A DNA stretch of 64,000 nucleotides from Octopus bimaculoides (lineage: Eukaryota): assembly GCF_001194135.2 (NCBI RefSeq), contig NC_068988.1, forward strand, positions 17,739,128-17,803,127. The letters are read 5' to 3'. Both the position numbers and the translations under genes were made by a program. Below the pieces are notes generated by a model. That model had not been told where the DNA came from. It did not search any database and saw nothing but the letters and a program-made list of their open reading frames with translations. The stretch's first letter is position 1. The number at the start of each line of letters is the position of its first letter. Below are positions 25,768 through 38,400 of this stretch, one piece after another.

Positions 25768-26191
25768 GGCGCAGGCGCGACTGTGTGGTAAGAAACTTGC
25801 TTCTCAACCACATGGTTCCAGGTTCAGTTCCACGGCGTGGCACCTTGGGCAAGTGTCTTTTACAACAGCCTCGGGCTGACCAAAACCTTGTGAGTGAACT
25901 TGGTAGACGGAAACTGAATAAATCCCGCCGTATATGTGTGTGTTTATTTGTGTGTCTGTGGGTTTTTGTGTCAGTGTTTCACACCACCACGACCACCCCC
26001 AACACTGTTACTTGAAAACTGATGCTTGTGTGTTTACGTCCCTGTAAATTAGCGGTTTGACAAAAGTGATCGAGAGAATAAGTACTAAGCTTACAAAGAA
26101 TAAGTCTTGGGGTCGATTTCTTCGACTAAGACCCTTTAATGTGGTGCTCCAGCATGGCTGCAGTCAAATGGCTGAAAGAAATAAAAGAATA
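25768..26191 (+). mobile_element. tRNA-derived SINE, family A, full-length
   Basis: Head GGCGCAGGCG...CTGTGTGGTAAG...GGTTCAGTTCC, CACCTTGGGCAAGTGTC central block, internal TG microsatellite, tail CAGTCAAATGGCTGAAA...AAAAGA; at least five copies in the window. Confidence 0.85.
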
Positions 26192-28463
26192 TATACAGAT
26201 GATTAGTCTTTATCTGGTTATAATTGTTCGTGAATTTCCAACACGATTTGATAATTATATGAAAGAATTATGAAAAATTATTTCGTGATAGTGCCGTTAC
26301 TGCAGTCAGTAGAATTTATGTTGAAGTCAACGATCCCAGGAAGAGATGGCAAAGGTTGACATACAATTAGCATTCCAGAAATTCATATTTGTATACACTC
26401 TGTTGCCCTATGTTAGAAATAGTGAAGGTGTAAATCAAACCATTTGTTCAAAGGTTCAGATATATTTGTGTATTGAATAATTTCTAAAACTTGACCTGCT
26501 TGTACTATAAACAAGAGTGCAAACGAAACAGTGTTAAAATATCTCGCATTTATTTAAATAAATGGACAACCAATGTAAACAAAACAGTATTATAGTATTA
26601 GGATGTCAGGGAATGATGTACAATGTACTAAATTTCTATAATCGCCAATGATGTGCGTTCTATTTATCCTAATCGATTGACATTGTACTAGATCAGGCAA
26701 GCCATCAGAATATTCTGCGCTAAACTATTTAACCAGCTTAGACTTTTGAATTATTATTTTCCAAGATAATTGAGGACAGGTTGCCGGTGTTAGATTTGCT
26801 TTCCGTGAAAATGTGCTGAAACAAATTACAAGAATTGAACACATAACATGTATAAAATAAAACCGAGGCTAGATTTCATATTTATGTAGCTTCCCTCTGC
26901 TACCATTATGATTTTATATTGTCTCAGTATATTTTGACCAATATCCTTATATGATATGAACTGAAAAATACACTTATCTTATTGTTATCACATTAAATGA
27001 ATTCCAGTACATGACCAATCTGTCCATTTTATGTGAAGAAAATTTTATGCTTTGCATTGGGACGTGACGTAGTCAACGACACTGCTGCAGATACTTTGTG
27101 CAAAAGTCTCATACAGTTAGATGAAATGGAAGTTGATACATAGTGAAAAATATGTTAATCTATTTAATTCTCACAAGAACATTCCATCTAACCTATTTAA
27201 ATGACGTTGACAGCTATTATGTATCTTGCAAAAGAACTACACTGCAGTTGAGATCTAAGTAAGTACATAAGCTCAAAATAAACTGTGGAAATAGAATAAA
27301 TTCGGAGACGCCTCTGAAAATACCTCCATTGAATTTTAATACATCGCTAGTTACGACTTAATTGTCCGTATTATTATTCGTACCTCTTCTCTGTCCATTC
27401 GCGAACCACAGCTATTCAAACAATACACACATTTTATATTTTTAACGCATTCAGAACTGCATAATGATTCAGAATTTTTTTTAAATGGGAAGAAACATTT
27501 TAAAGATTACTGACAGCTGTGTGGAAAGGTCACATAAAATTTTAAACCGCTTATTCTTTTCCTCTTAACGTATTTCTTTTTGTGATTGCATAGTAACTTC
27601 TTGGTAAGGTAGTTTGTACATGTTATTATCGAAGTTTGAATAAAATTCTATACACGAAAACAAAGGATGGAGAATCAACGAATATCCATCATCATCACTG
27701 GCGGCAGCAGCAATAGTTGTGATGGAGAACTTTTTGTTAATTATTAGCGCTGTTGTGAGCACTGCATTGATAGTTTTGTTTATATTTTCCTTAAACGCTT
27801 TTGTTGCGTTTTTCTGATTACTAATTTTATTGTAATTGTTATATCTGCAATCATTGATATTGTTATACTATTGTAATAGAATCGTTTGTGTTTTGTAACT
27901 GTCATTTATAGTTGTTAAATGTATTTGAAATTTTAAATATTATTTTAGTAGAATCATTTATGGATATAAAATTCAGCAATCTAATTAGCTGTTAAGTTAA
28001 TGGGGAAAATATAAAAGTACGTTAATCTAAAATATTAAATTATAAACGATATTCTAAACACGTGTTAGGTTTCTTTATATTATATTTTTTCTCCTAGCTA
28101 TTTATATTAAGATCATTTTATTGTGCATTTCATAGTTACAACTGACAGAAGTTTCAGGTACAACATATCAAGTAAGAAAATTGTCTGTTATGAAATTTGC
28201 AATATATTCATAGCTCAATAAATTCATTAACATTCGGTGAATAATACGTATGTCATGGAAATTGTCTGACCTGTAAATCTGAATTTAAGCTACAAATAAT
28301 AACCTGGTCATGATTCTACAACTACCTATAAGGATTGCAGAAATAAATACAGTGAGATATATATATATATTTATATATATATATATATAAATTGTAAATG
28401 CAAAAATAAAAACAAAAACACAAAGGATTCTGTGGTACACGTGTTTCAAGCGTTATAGTTATG

Positions 28464-28536
<73 letters not shown>

Positions 28537-28997
28537 GGAGGTGCAATGGCCCAATGGTTAGGGCAGTGGACTCGCGGTTTCGATTCCCAGACCGGGCGTT
28601 GTGAGTGTTTATTGAGCGAAAACACCTAAAGCTCCACGAGGTTCCAGCAGGGGTTGGTGGCGAACCCTGCTGTGCTCTTCCACCGCAACTTTCTCTCACT
28701 CTTACTTCCTGTTTTTGCTGTACCAGTAATTCAAAGGGTCAGCCTTGTCACTGTGTCACGCTGAATATCCCCGAGAACTACATTAAGGGTACACGTGACT
28801 GTGGAGTGCTCAGCCACTTGCACGTTAATTTCACGAGCAGGCNNNNNNNNNNCGCTGAATATCCCCGAGAACTACATTAAGGGTACACGTGACTGTGGAG
28901 TGCTCAGCCACTTGCACGTTAATTTCACGAGCAGGCTGTTCCGTTGATCGGATCAACTGGAGCCCTCGGTCGTCGTAAGCGACGGCGTGCCAACAAC
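28537..28997 (+). mobile_element. tRNA-derived SINE, family C (contains an 84-bp assembly duplication around a 10-N gap)
   Basis: Matches 1294-1667; B box GTTTCGATTCCC; 28759-28842 is identical to 28853-28936. Confidence 0.85.
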
Positions 28998-29529
28998 ATA
29001 TAGACTGGTTGCCTTTTTCTCTGGGATTGATCAAGTGATGATGATACCTCGGATGACACTGCAGTAAGTTCCGAAAATCAAGTAAGGTTGTTCGTCATCT
29101 TTTCAGTCTACGAAGAAATAGGTAAATAAATATTCTATGTCTCCTCCGTCTGTTTAGACATATATCATGCCTCAATGCTGAGTAGACTGGTTTCTTTTCT
29201 GACAATCCTCCGATATGAAATAACGTGTAAAATATTTATAGAATGCAAATTACAAGTTCCAGTTTTCTGGAAGTACTAAATTTGAAATGTAGATAAAATG
29301 ACGGGCTACTTACTTATCTGAGATAGATAGATAGATAGATAGATGAATGGATGGGCAGACAGACAGACAGACAGACATATAGATAGATAGATGAATGGAT
29401 GGGCAGACAGACAGATAGATAGATGGATGGATAGAACGAAATCAAGTAAATAAATCTCCGCAGAAGCACCAAGTGCATTCTTAACTTCATTTTGTATACT
29501 TCTATTCCGTGTAAGGATATAAAAATCAT

Positions 29530-29830
29530 ACTTGCATCACATACAACAATACGGTACAATTATTTCCCCTCAATTGGCCCCGCTCTCTTTAACATTACAC
29601 CAAAAAACATTAAAGTAGAGTCAGACCCCATAAAGTTCAAGAAGTCTTTGGACAAATTCCTTCAAAAAAATCCGATATAAACACTCGGACATGTCTCCGT
29701 AATCAATAACTCTCTACTTGAGTGGGTCATGTTGTCCTATTCCTGGTTTGAATGACTTTTCCAGGTGGTACTATTGAGTTACACATGACCTGCGGCAATG
29801 CTAGCCGAAACGTATCGAAGTATAAAAGTA
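29530..29830 (+). mobile_element. CR1-group LINE 3' end fragment
   Basis: Translation IRYNYFPSIGPALFNITPKNIK...KFKKSLDKFLQK...NNSLLEW resembles the C-terminus of CR1/L2-group ORF2 (GP.LFN.LP..I....FK..LD.FL..IPD); followed by a short 3' UTR. Confidence 0.65.
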
Positions 29831-30084
29831 TATGTAAGGGATTGTTAAAAACAATCCTGATGCCAACTGGGTTTAACCAAATATATTGATAGGAAGATCA
29901 TCTATATAAACAGTCTCATAAAACTATTGACTTCTTAGTTATGTGTGTGTGTATGCTGTTACGATCAGACAAATTAATAATGTAAGAAAAAAGGGGTAAA
30001 CGTCTGATCGTAACAACAAAGTATTCAAACAGGGAAGTAAATGTTCATATATGGAGATTATGTCCAGTCTCAATGGTTTCAAGG

Positions 30085-30355
30085 TAGGTGGTGAACGGTC
30101 CGACCCGTATGCAGCTCCGTCTCGTTCTGGTTCTATCCGCGCCAAGCGCCACCTGTCTGCCCCGCTCCGCTTTTTAATAGGAAGTACGAGATTACCTGCC
30201 TTGCTCGTTAACAGGAAGTGAACGAGGTTACCTGCCTCGTACTATGTTAACTTCCTGTATATATATTTGGTTATTCATACCGACGTTATTTAACTTCTGC
30301 CAACCTGTCGTTGACAAACGTTTATCTCGCCACCTTCGGAAAATATAGGGTAAGT
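30085..30355. promoter_or_regulatory. CpG-rich putative promoter / first-exon region with ETS-type motifs
   Basis: Local CpG and GC enrichment in an AT-rich background. AGGAAGT at 30179 and 30213 plus an inverted ACTTCCTGT at 30250; plus-strand donor AGG|GTAAGT at 30349/30350; minus-strand donors CAG|GTAATC and CAG|GTAACC near 30195 and 30232. Confidence 0.45.
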
Positions 30356-30450
30356 TCTCACCCTTCATTATCTTATAGGTATACATAACAATGTGTGTGT
30401 AAGCAGTCTCATAATATATACATGCATATATATAAACATATATCTACACC

Positions 30451-30511
<61 letters not shown>

Positions 30512-30768
30512 ACCAGTAAAGTGGACATTTAATGCGCTAGAAATAGACCACATGATGTGTCTACTAAGAGCTAGTAGTTCTCAAAAGAAATTCAGCGGAA
30601 TAGCAAACCGTAAGCGAGCAAGACATTGAAAATTACATACATAAAATTAAAACATTGTTATTCGCGGGCGAGGTTTCGGAGTTAAAAATCTCTTACCGAG
30701 AAAGTCTGCCCCTCTTCGGCGCGAACCGCAAGACTGTTATAATTAATATCTGATTTTTACCCTGTTTT

Positions 30769-30832
<64 letters not shown>

Positions 30833-31212
30833 CCTGGAATGTACACGGTTTGTATATTGTGCATAATGTTATAGTTTCTGTTCGCATGTATGTATGTGCG
30901 TGTCAAAGTATCTGGGGTCGAGTGTTTATATGTGCATCCATAAATCTATGAAGTGTGTTATATATGTGCGTATAGCATCATGTATAGTATGCCTTTTGTG
31001 TTGGAGATGTCTTCACACATTGTGCTTGTTGCAATTTAAGCAAGTTGCAAATTTAATTTTAGGTAAAAATTATTGTAAACAAATTTTAATAACGAAATAA
31101 TTAAATGAGAAATAACAATTTATCGTAAGATTTAATAATTTCCAACAACACCTACGTTTTTTAATAGTCATATAGAAGAATTGTGCTAAGCAGAAATATT
31201 TACGTTATTTAG

Positions 31213-31251
31213 AGTTATATGGAAATTATTAGAGCGAGGACAAATCAACAG
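31213..31251 (+). other. Candidate 39-nt exon with ATG at 31219
   Basis: TTATTTAG acceptor and CAG|GTGAGA donor; open as MEIIRARTNQQ (also as VIWKLLERGQIN). Confidence 0.3.
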
Positions 31252-31502
31252 GTGAGAAAAAGCATTAACTTGAAGGAAGAAAATACTTATGAAGGAAAGA
31301 GATAATTATCTTATAACTTAGGAAAGAGGAAAAAATGATAATTTAAGATGTAGAATTCAAGTATTTAACAGGATTACGGTTAAAGAAATTTGAATCAGCT
31401 AAGGATTTAAAAGAAGGATTGACATTGACTTGATAAACGTTTCCAAGAATCACTTTAGTAGCATATTTTAGATGGAAAGATGACTGAAAGCAAACTGTTT
31501 CC

Positions 31503-31700
31503 TTATAATTTTGGCACAAGGCCAGCAATTTTGAGTGGGTGGAAGAAAGTTGGTTATATCGACTCCAATACTTGGCTGGTACTTTATTTCGTCATTACCG
31601 AGAGGGTGAGTGACAAAGTCTACCACGATGGAATCAACGGAGTAAGTGTCACTAAGTATCTTCACCGGTGAGCTGACTATTCTGGCAGCCCACCGCCTTC
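31503..31700 (-). mobile_element. Family B SINE, diverged
   Basis: Reverse-complement tail TTTTGGCACAAGGCCAGCAATTTT and head CTATTCTGGCAGCCCACCGCC. Confidence 0.6.
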
Positions 31701-32389
31701 TGTTGGTAAAGTAAAACTTTAATTTCTCTGCATATTAAACATAGCTGTTGAATCAGTTTTGCTATTACTGTTAAGTTGCGTTCTTTCATATACATACATA
31801 CATACAGACAGACAGACAGACAGAGGAACATATATACATATAAACACATATGTAACATATATATACACATATAAATATATATATATATGTATGTAATATC
31901 TGTATATATATATATATATATATATATGTACAAGTTAAGTGTGCGTGAGTGTGTTTGGAATTTACGGGAAATTATAAATGACAGATATTACCATGTTGAT
32001 ACAGTTATTAGATTGTGCTTATATTTATCCTTTACGTTTTCACGTGGTTAGTCCCCACCAATGAAATAAACAATATTCGCTCGATTTACTATGAATGACA
32101 GCTAAATGCATTTGAATCCTCACTCAGTAGCATTACAAATGGGAAGAAGTGAAAACGGGATAGCGTCGGCTTGAATGCTTTCGATCATAAGTCTGCTCAA
32201 TGAAAGCTGGCTTGGAAACAACAATAACACCAACAACACCTGAAATATTCGTTAGTGGTTCGTTGTTCCATCCTTGACTGCATTGATTTTTGCTTATTTT
32301 ATTCTTTAATGAAAATTAAAGAAGTTAGACATTTTTCTTACTTCGTTTCCTGGAGTTCAGATGAGCCGAGCAGCTAGTAGCAAGTTAAT

Positions 32390-32700
32390 ATCGAAATACT
32401 ACACGTGCTTGTGTAGTATACTTAAAATCAGATGGCCCGAACACATAAGCAATATGGAGCTATGGCAAAGAACGAATCCAGTTTCGATTAGGGAGCAAAT
32501 ATTTAAGAAAAAGTGGAAGTGGATTAGTAGCACAATTAGAAAGGACACACCAAATGTAGCGAAAGGTGCTTTACAGTGGAATCCGGATGGATATAGAAAG
32601 AGAGGCATGCCTAAGAACTCGTGGCGTAGATCAACACAAAAGGAACTAGAGAAGGGGGACGTCCATGGCAGAGTATAAGTACAGAAGCGAAAAATTATGC
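32390..32700 (+). mobile_element. RTE-clade LINE ORF2 C-terminal fragment
   Basis: LKIRWPEHISNMELWQRT...KKKWKWI...ALQWNPDGYRKRGMPKNSWRRS matches the RTE C-terminal pattern (IL.I.W...ISN.ELW.RT...RW.W.GH...W.P.G.R.RGRP..TW). Confidence 0.85.
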
Positions 32701-33934
32701 GACATGGGGGGTTAAAAGCAAGAAAGAAAGGCACGTATTTAGTCTGGTGTAAGCCGACTAAATGCCACTGATACATCTTATGACATGGTACACAACTTTT
32801 ATATAAGATATGTTTGCAGTATTTTGATACTGTTTATCGAGAGTAACTTTCAAGAGATTTTACTTCTGTCCATAACAAAAGCCTAAATAAACATTTACAT
32901 GGATATGAAGCATTCTTATATTTGGTGAAACCGGTTGTTTCAAACCGAATTTAACCAGCTGAAACCAGTTCAACTCTTTAAACTATCACTCAGTGTCACT
33001 CTCAATATGTTTACACATATTTCTAGAATGATCGATACTATGAAATCGATAATGCAGTTCAGCAAACAATTAACTTCAGTTTTTCTAGCATATTCTTATG
33101 CCTGAAACTAATACTACCATTTAATGGCGAGTGCTATATTTTCTGATATTCTCATTGATTTTAAAAGTAAATAAAATCAAACATGCCTCAGTTATATCCA
33201 AAGCTATAAGCAAAATGAATAAATAAAATCTGTTGAACAGATTTTATTAGCTTGAAGTAACGACCTGAGTCTCTTTTTCTTTCCACGTATAATTTTACAT
33301 TCTCATATATGTCGGTGATCATGTACCTCAATGCTAAAATCTGAAGATTCATGTTGCCTTCAGCTGATTTATTTCCGGTTTACTCTGATTGTTTCCCTTT
33401 CTTTTGATCTTAACTTGCAGGCGCAAAGCGCTGCTAACACTAAGGCAAGCATACTTGTTTATGTGATACCAGGATATAACCATACACCATTGGTTTAATG
33501 TGACGCATGTCTCCGTGTCAGACGTTCTCCTAGTCCTCTATGGTATTACTATAGAACCTACTATTTGACCCATGATCATATAACTTTTTAAGCCAGGAAT
33601 ATTACTGTTACTTAAGAGAAAAACTTTTTGTAGACATGCCCAAGAATTGCTTATCTATGAGTTGTATCTATAAGTAGTACTCGGTCGAGTAAAAGATATA
33701 TAGTTTATAGATAAAAGGCAGATATTCTCCGTATAGAATACACTTCGTAGTGCTCAAGAGATTTAAACTTGAGCTGATAGAGGAATAAATGTAAGGATAA
33801 GCAAGTTAGGCAAGTCGATATACAAAAAATATTAAATGCATTTAATACAAAAATGTACATATGTTTACCTATAAATCATATGTTTACAGAATAGAAATTA
33901 TATCAGGAATTAAAGGGGGTTGAATAAATTCAAC

Positions 33935-34680
33935 GAGTCCAGCAGCTGTTTCTGGGAGCTTGGTGATTCAAAATAATGATTGTAAATTGATTCCATCACC
34001 GGATGATACCAGCCTCTGTCTTCAGGGAAGAAGTTTGCATTTGAGGTGTTGACGGAGAGGATATTAAAGACGGAATGATTTTGTGAAAAACTAAGAGCAT
34101 TAGAAGGAGTAGCTGGGATGTATCTAGATAGAGAGTAGTGAGAGGAGGATAGAAATTATTTCAGTTAGAAGTGGAAGGTGGGAGGAAGAGGGAAGGGTAG
34201 TTTAGGTAGTATATGAATGGTGACCTTTGTGTTACATTGTCTGGAGGCTATGGAGTTAAAAGTTGCGGTAATCAAAATGGAAATGGCCATTATTTGAGGG
34301 AAATAAGTTGACTGGTTCAGTGGCTGAGGAAGATTAGTAAGGTATGTAGAGAGGAGATGGAAGGAGATAGAGTGGGGGTGAGTGAATGGTCAAAATAGTA
34401 GTTATTTGTGAGACAAAGGAATCGGATTGGTATTGGAGGGGTGTTATGGTTCGGAGAGATACATGAAATTGAATAGAGGGATGTGAATAGGGGGTAGAGG
34501 TAGATTGGTTAATTTTCTAAGGAGTCGGGTAGTGTTAAATACGTTTTGGAAGTGGGGAGGCTAAGAGGGAAGTAGAAAGTAGTGAATTTGAAGAATTTGG
34601 AAGAAATTGGAAAAGTGTGTGTGAGAAAGAATAAGGGATTGGTGGTATTTTTTAAGTAGTAGCTTGCTAGTCTTACTTTG
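33935..34680 (-). mobile_element. Probable Penelope-like element 3' remnant with a decayed hammerhead
   Basis: Purine-rich on plus, pyrimidine-rich on minus. Ends on minus in TCC-CTGAAGA-(long stem II region)-CTCCCA-GAAACAGCTGCT-GGA (34028 down to 33938). Confidence 0.4.
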
Positions 34681-34795
34681 TCTTAGCTTAAAGGTTATTT
34701 TGGGTTTGGATAGTTAAAGTTATGGGATTACAAAGGCTTAGCAAAGTGCGTGAAAGAGGAGTAGTACCTGTGTATATATGTATGTATGTATGTAT

Positions 34796-34986
34796 GCCGG
34801 TTTCAAATTTTGAATCAAGGTCGGTAATTATAGGGAAGTGGGAGAGTCGTTTACATTGACCCAGTGTTCCGAAAGGATGAAAAGCAAAGTCGACCTCGGA
34901 GGAATTTGACCTCAGAACATAAAGAAGGTCAAAATGCCCCAAGCATTTTTCCCAGCAGGCTAATGATTCTGCCATCTCACTTCCTT
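34796..34986 (-). mobile_element. Family B SINE
   Basis: GGATGAAAAGCAAAGTCGACCTCGGAGGAATTTGACCTCAGAAC is the reverse complement of the family B core. Confidence 0.75.
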
Positions 34987-35175
34987 TATGTAACTATATA
35001 TATACTGTATATGTTAAAATGTTAAGATGTATATGAAACTTTCAGCTATAAAGAAATATCAAGGAATTTTAAGACATTTGAAAATCACTAGAATTTCAAT
35101 CTATTTCTGTATCTAGGTTTTCAGTTTTTTTCTTTTTTTTTTCTTTTTTCTTCTTTTGGTATTATCACATTGTAG

Positions 35176-35195
35176 CCAGAGCAAAATTTCCTAAG
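35176..35195 (+). other. Candidate 20-nt micro-exon
   Basis: Long T/C tract followed by TGTAG acceptor; AAG|GTAATT donor. Confidence 0.3.
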
Positions 35196-35486
35196 GTAAT
35201 TTTATTCTTGTAATGAAAATTTTGAGATCAGTTCATTCTTGAATGCAAGAAATTGACAGGAGTGTTCGCTACTATAAATGTTCCAAGTGTTCGTTAACAG
35301 ATTAGGATTTGGCACTGTCCTACAACTGTACATCGGGTATTTTATGCTGGTCGTTTCTTCGTTATCTAGAAGTCAAAACCATCAGAAGATCGGCTGAAAG
35401 AGTGGAAATTGTGTAATTCGGAGTACTAACAACATAGAGCCTTTCCTCAAAATACGTTGAGATGTTCTCTTTATTTACGTGTTCAG

Positions 35487-35508
35487 TTCCGGAATTTATC
35501 GTTTCTTG
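35487..35508 (+). other. Candidate 22-nt micro-exon
   Basis: CTCTTTATTTACGTGTTCAG acceptor; TTG|GTGAGT donor. Confidence 0.3.
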
Positions 35509-35646
35509 GTGAGTCAGCAGAGATGAACAGGCTTAAACGCGCATACACACAAACACCGCACGCACGCACACACACACACATACACATGTACATACATATA
35601 TATTATATATCTATATATCTTATAAATACACAGGCAAACACATACG

Positions 35647-35707
<61 letters not shown>

Positions 35708-35993
35708 TGATATGGTTGTATACATTGCCTATTTACAGAATCCGATTTCGGATAATACGAAGCTATAAAGCCAACTGCATTTGCATATTGTTCAGTCTGG
35801 TGATATATTGAAACAAGGTTACGATGACATAAGCATTGTTTTTCTAGGCTGTCTTCTAATCAAGCAGACCCAAAATATGAATATAAAAAGAATAAAATAA
35901 TAATTTCTCCCAGTTACAATTCTAACGGAATTATTATTTCTATCGTTGTTGTTATAGCTACTACTGTTGTTTTTCAATAGAAAATATTATTCA

Positions 35994-36410
35994 GGTGAGG
36001 AGCGGCTTGAATCATTAGAATGGCGGATAAAATGCAATGCTTAACGGTATTTAGTCCGTCTTCATGTTCTGAGTTCATATTTCGCTGAGGTCGACTGTGC
36101 CTTTCAGAATTGATAAAATAAATACCTGTCGAACAAAGGAATTGATGTTATCGACTAGCCACCTTCCACAAAATTTCAGGCGGTGTGCCTATAAAAGAAA
36201 GGATTATTATTAATGCAGTGAGATAGCAAAATCGTTAGCACGCCAGACGAAAAGCTTAGCTGCCTTTAATCTATGTTTTCTCTATAAGTTCAAATTTCAC
36301 CTTGATCGACTTCGCCATTATTCCTTTCGGTAACAAGAACCAGGCTCAATGTAATCACCTAACCTTACTCTACCTAAAACTGTTGGCCTTGTGCCAAAGT
36401 TAGAAATGTT
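35994..36410 (+). mobile_element. Two tandem family B SINEs (35994-36210 and 36213-36410)
   Basis: Each has the AATC(A/G)TTAG head, a GTCGACT core and a GTGCC...AGAAA tail. Confidence 0.7.
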
Positions 36411-36635
36411 TATTACCTCCGCTTTAGCGAGGGCGGAGGTATTGTTTTCAATTGTGTTTGAAAACAAGAACCGCTGGATTGATTCGGATGAAACTTTAAG
36501 GGATCTTTGGCCTCGTGACTGGCACGAACTGATTATATTTTGGTATCGATCCGGTACCCGTCAAAGATTCTGAATTATTTTTTCCTGTTATTTTTACTTA
36601 ATTTTTGAGAGCAGTCGGGTTCATCCTTAGTATTC
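36410..36635 (+). mobile_element. Probable non-autonomous Helentron/DINE-1-like (HINE) element 5' portion
   Basis: Begins TTATTACCTCCGC, with a CCTCCGC/GCGGAGG stem, then GGATTGATTCGGATGAAACTT and GATCCGG. This layout is recalled from HINE-type elements; only one copy is in the window. Confidence 0.5.
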
Positions 36636-36899
36636 TCGTTATTATTTTATTGCTGCTATTCTTACAACAGCAATCTAGCAGAATTTTCAGTGTATCGTGG
36701 GGGGGGGGGATATTTACTTTGTATAATTTGTTCCGAGTGTCTGGTTTCAAGTCTTGCCGTTATTAACTTTGCTTTTCACCCATCCAGGGGTTGATAATAT
36801 AAGTTATCACCCAAGTACTATGTCGGTAGTGCCTACTACTTTTGCTTCCCACTAAGTTACTGACCTTTTACTTACATCAGAAATAAATATTATTACTGA

Positions 36900-37130
36900 G
36901 AGTGGTGGTTTAACAGAATCGTAAGAGCGCCCGAAAAACTACTTTGCGGCATTTATTCTAGTTTTTTTTTTGCGATATATTTATTGTGTTCAAATTCGCT
37001 GAGGTCAACTTTGGCATTCATACTTTAAGGCTCAATGAAATAGCATACCAGTCACCTACTGAGAGTTGGAGAAATCGACTATTCCAAGTCTTCAAAATTG
37101 CCATGTGCCTAAGAAACAATTTATATTATT
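36900..37130 (+). mobile_element. Family B SINE, diverged
   Basis: CAGAATCGTAAGAGCGCC head; GTTCAAATTCGCTGAGGTCAACTTTG core. Confidence 0.65.
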
Positions 37131-38182
37131 ACTAACATAACCGCAGCTATTTATTATTGTTATTTTTTTGCTATTCTTATTGTTATTCTCACCAATAATA
37201 TAATAATTCCTATCCTAGAAATCTGGCAAACTCGATGAAATAAACATTCTCCTTATCTAAAAGTAGAGAGAAGTGGGAACGAGATGAAACTTATACAGAA
37301 ATAATAAAAAGAAATAAATTATATTTTCAGACGCTACACTTTGCTATTTAATTGAGAAAATTACTGACTGGATTCGCTTTGTCTAATGTAATTACAGAAT
37401 ATTACAGAAATATATTTAATTTCAGCAAACTGCAATAACTTGATGGTCATTTTGTTTTCCTTTCTTACTTCAAAATTTTGTAATTTCGTAATTTTTTTTT
37501 CTCTCTCCTTTCTTATCTTCAATTTTCTTCCATATTTTCTTGTACTTAGTTGTTTTTTTGGGTGAAGTTTCCTTCTCTTTTTGACTGCTTGCTGATCTTG
37601 TGTTTCTTTTGGTTGTTGCATTTATTAATATATTATTACTGTTATTACTATTGTTCATTTTGCTATTATCCTCCACCATGAAAAGATGGGCGTAAGATAG
37701 GGGAAACATAGCATGAGAAAGGAAAATAGGATGATAGGAAAGAAAAAAAAAGACGGAGCACATACATCTTAACGTTTTGTTTTGTTATTGTTTCTTTTTT
37801 TGTATTTGTTGTTTTCCTTTTTTTTCCCTTTTCTTGCTAACAAAATGATTGCGTTGTTGATTTCACCATCCTCACTTTTTATCTTGTATTTCCTTTCTTG
37901 CAAACAGCAGTTGATTTTCATATGATCCGCAACAGTAGCGGTTCGTGTTGGTTTTACTAGTAGTTGTTATTATTGTTGTAGTTCTATTTTAGGCATTTAT
38001 GACATGCGATTGTAGTTTATTCTTTTTTTTTTTTTTATCGATTGTTGTACAATTCATTTTTTTCCTATGGTAATAGTCGTGTTGGTTATGTTGATAAAGA
38101 AACCGATGGTGAAGCAAAGAGGAAAAACGATAGTCAGAGAGAAACAAAAAGCTGCTGTTAGTTCTAATGATATCTTATATTA

Positions 38183-38400
38183 AGGCGGAGAGCTGGCAGA
38201 ATCGTGAGAGCATCAGAAAAATGCATTGCAGTATTTGTTCCATCTCTGAACGTTCTGATCTCAAATCCTAGCGGGGACAGCTTAGCATTTTATCCCTGGC
38301 AAGTCGATAAATTTAAGTTCAAGTGTATGTACTGGGGGTCATTGCTATTGACTAAGCTCTCCCTTAAATATTACTAACCCTGTGCCTAAATCAGAAATCT
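38183..38400 (+). mobile_element. Family B SINE, diverged
   Basis: GGCGGAGAGCTGGCAGAATCGT head; GTCGATAAATTTAAG; GTGCCTAAATCAGAAA tail. Confidence 0.7.

Noticed and set aside
28759-28936. Exact 84-bp tandem duplication inside a family C SINE
   Set aside because: The two identical copies flank a 10-N gap and the other family C copy has a single unit, so this is an unmerged contig overlap.
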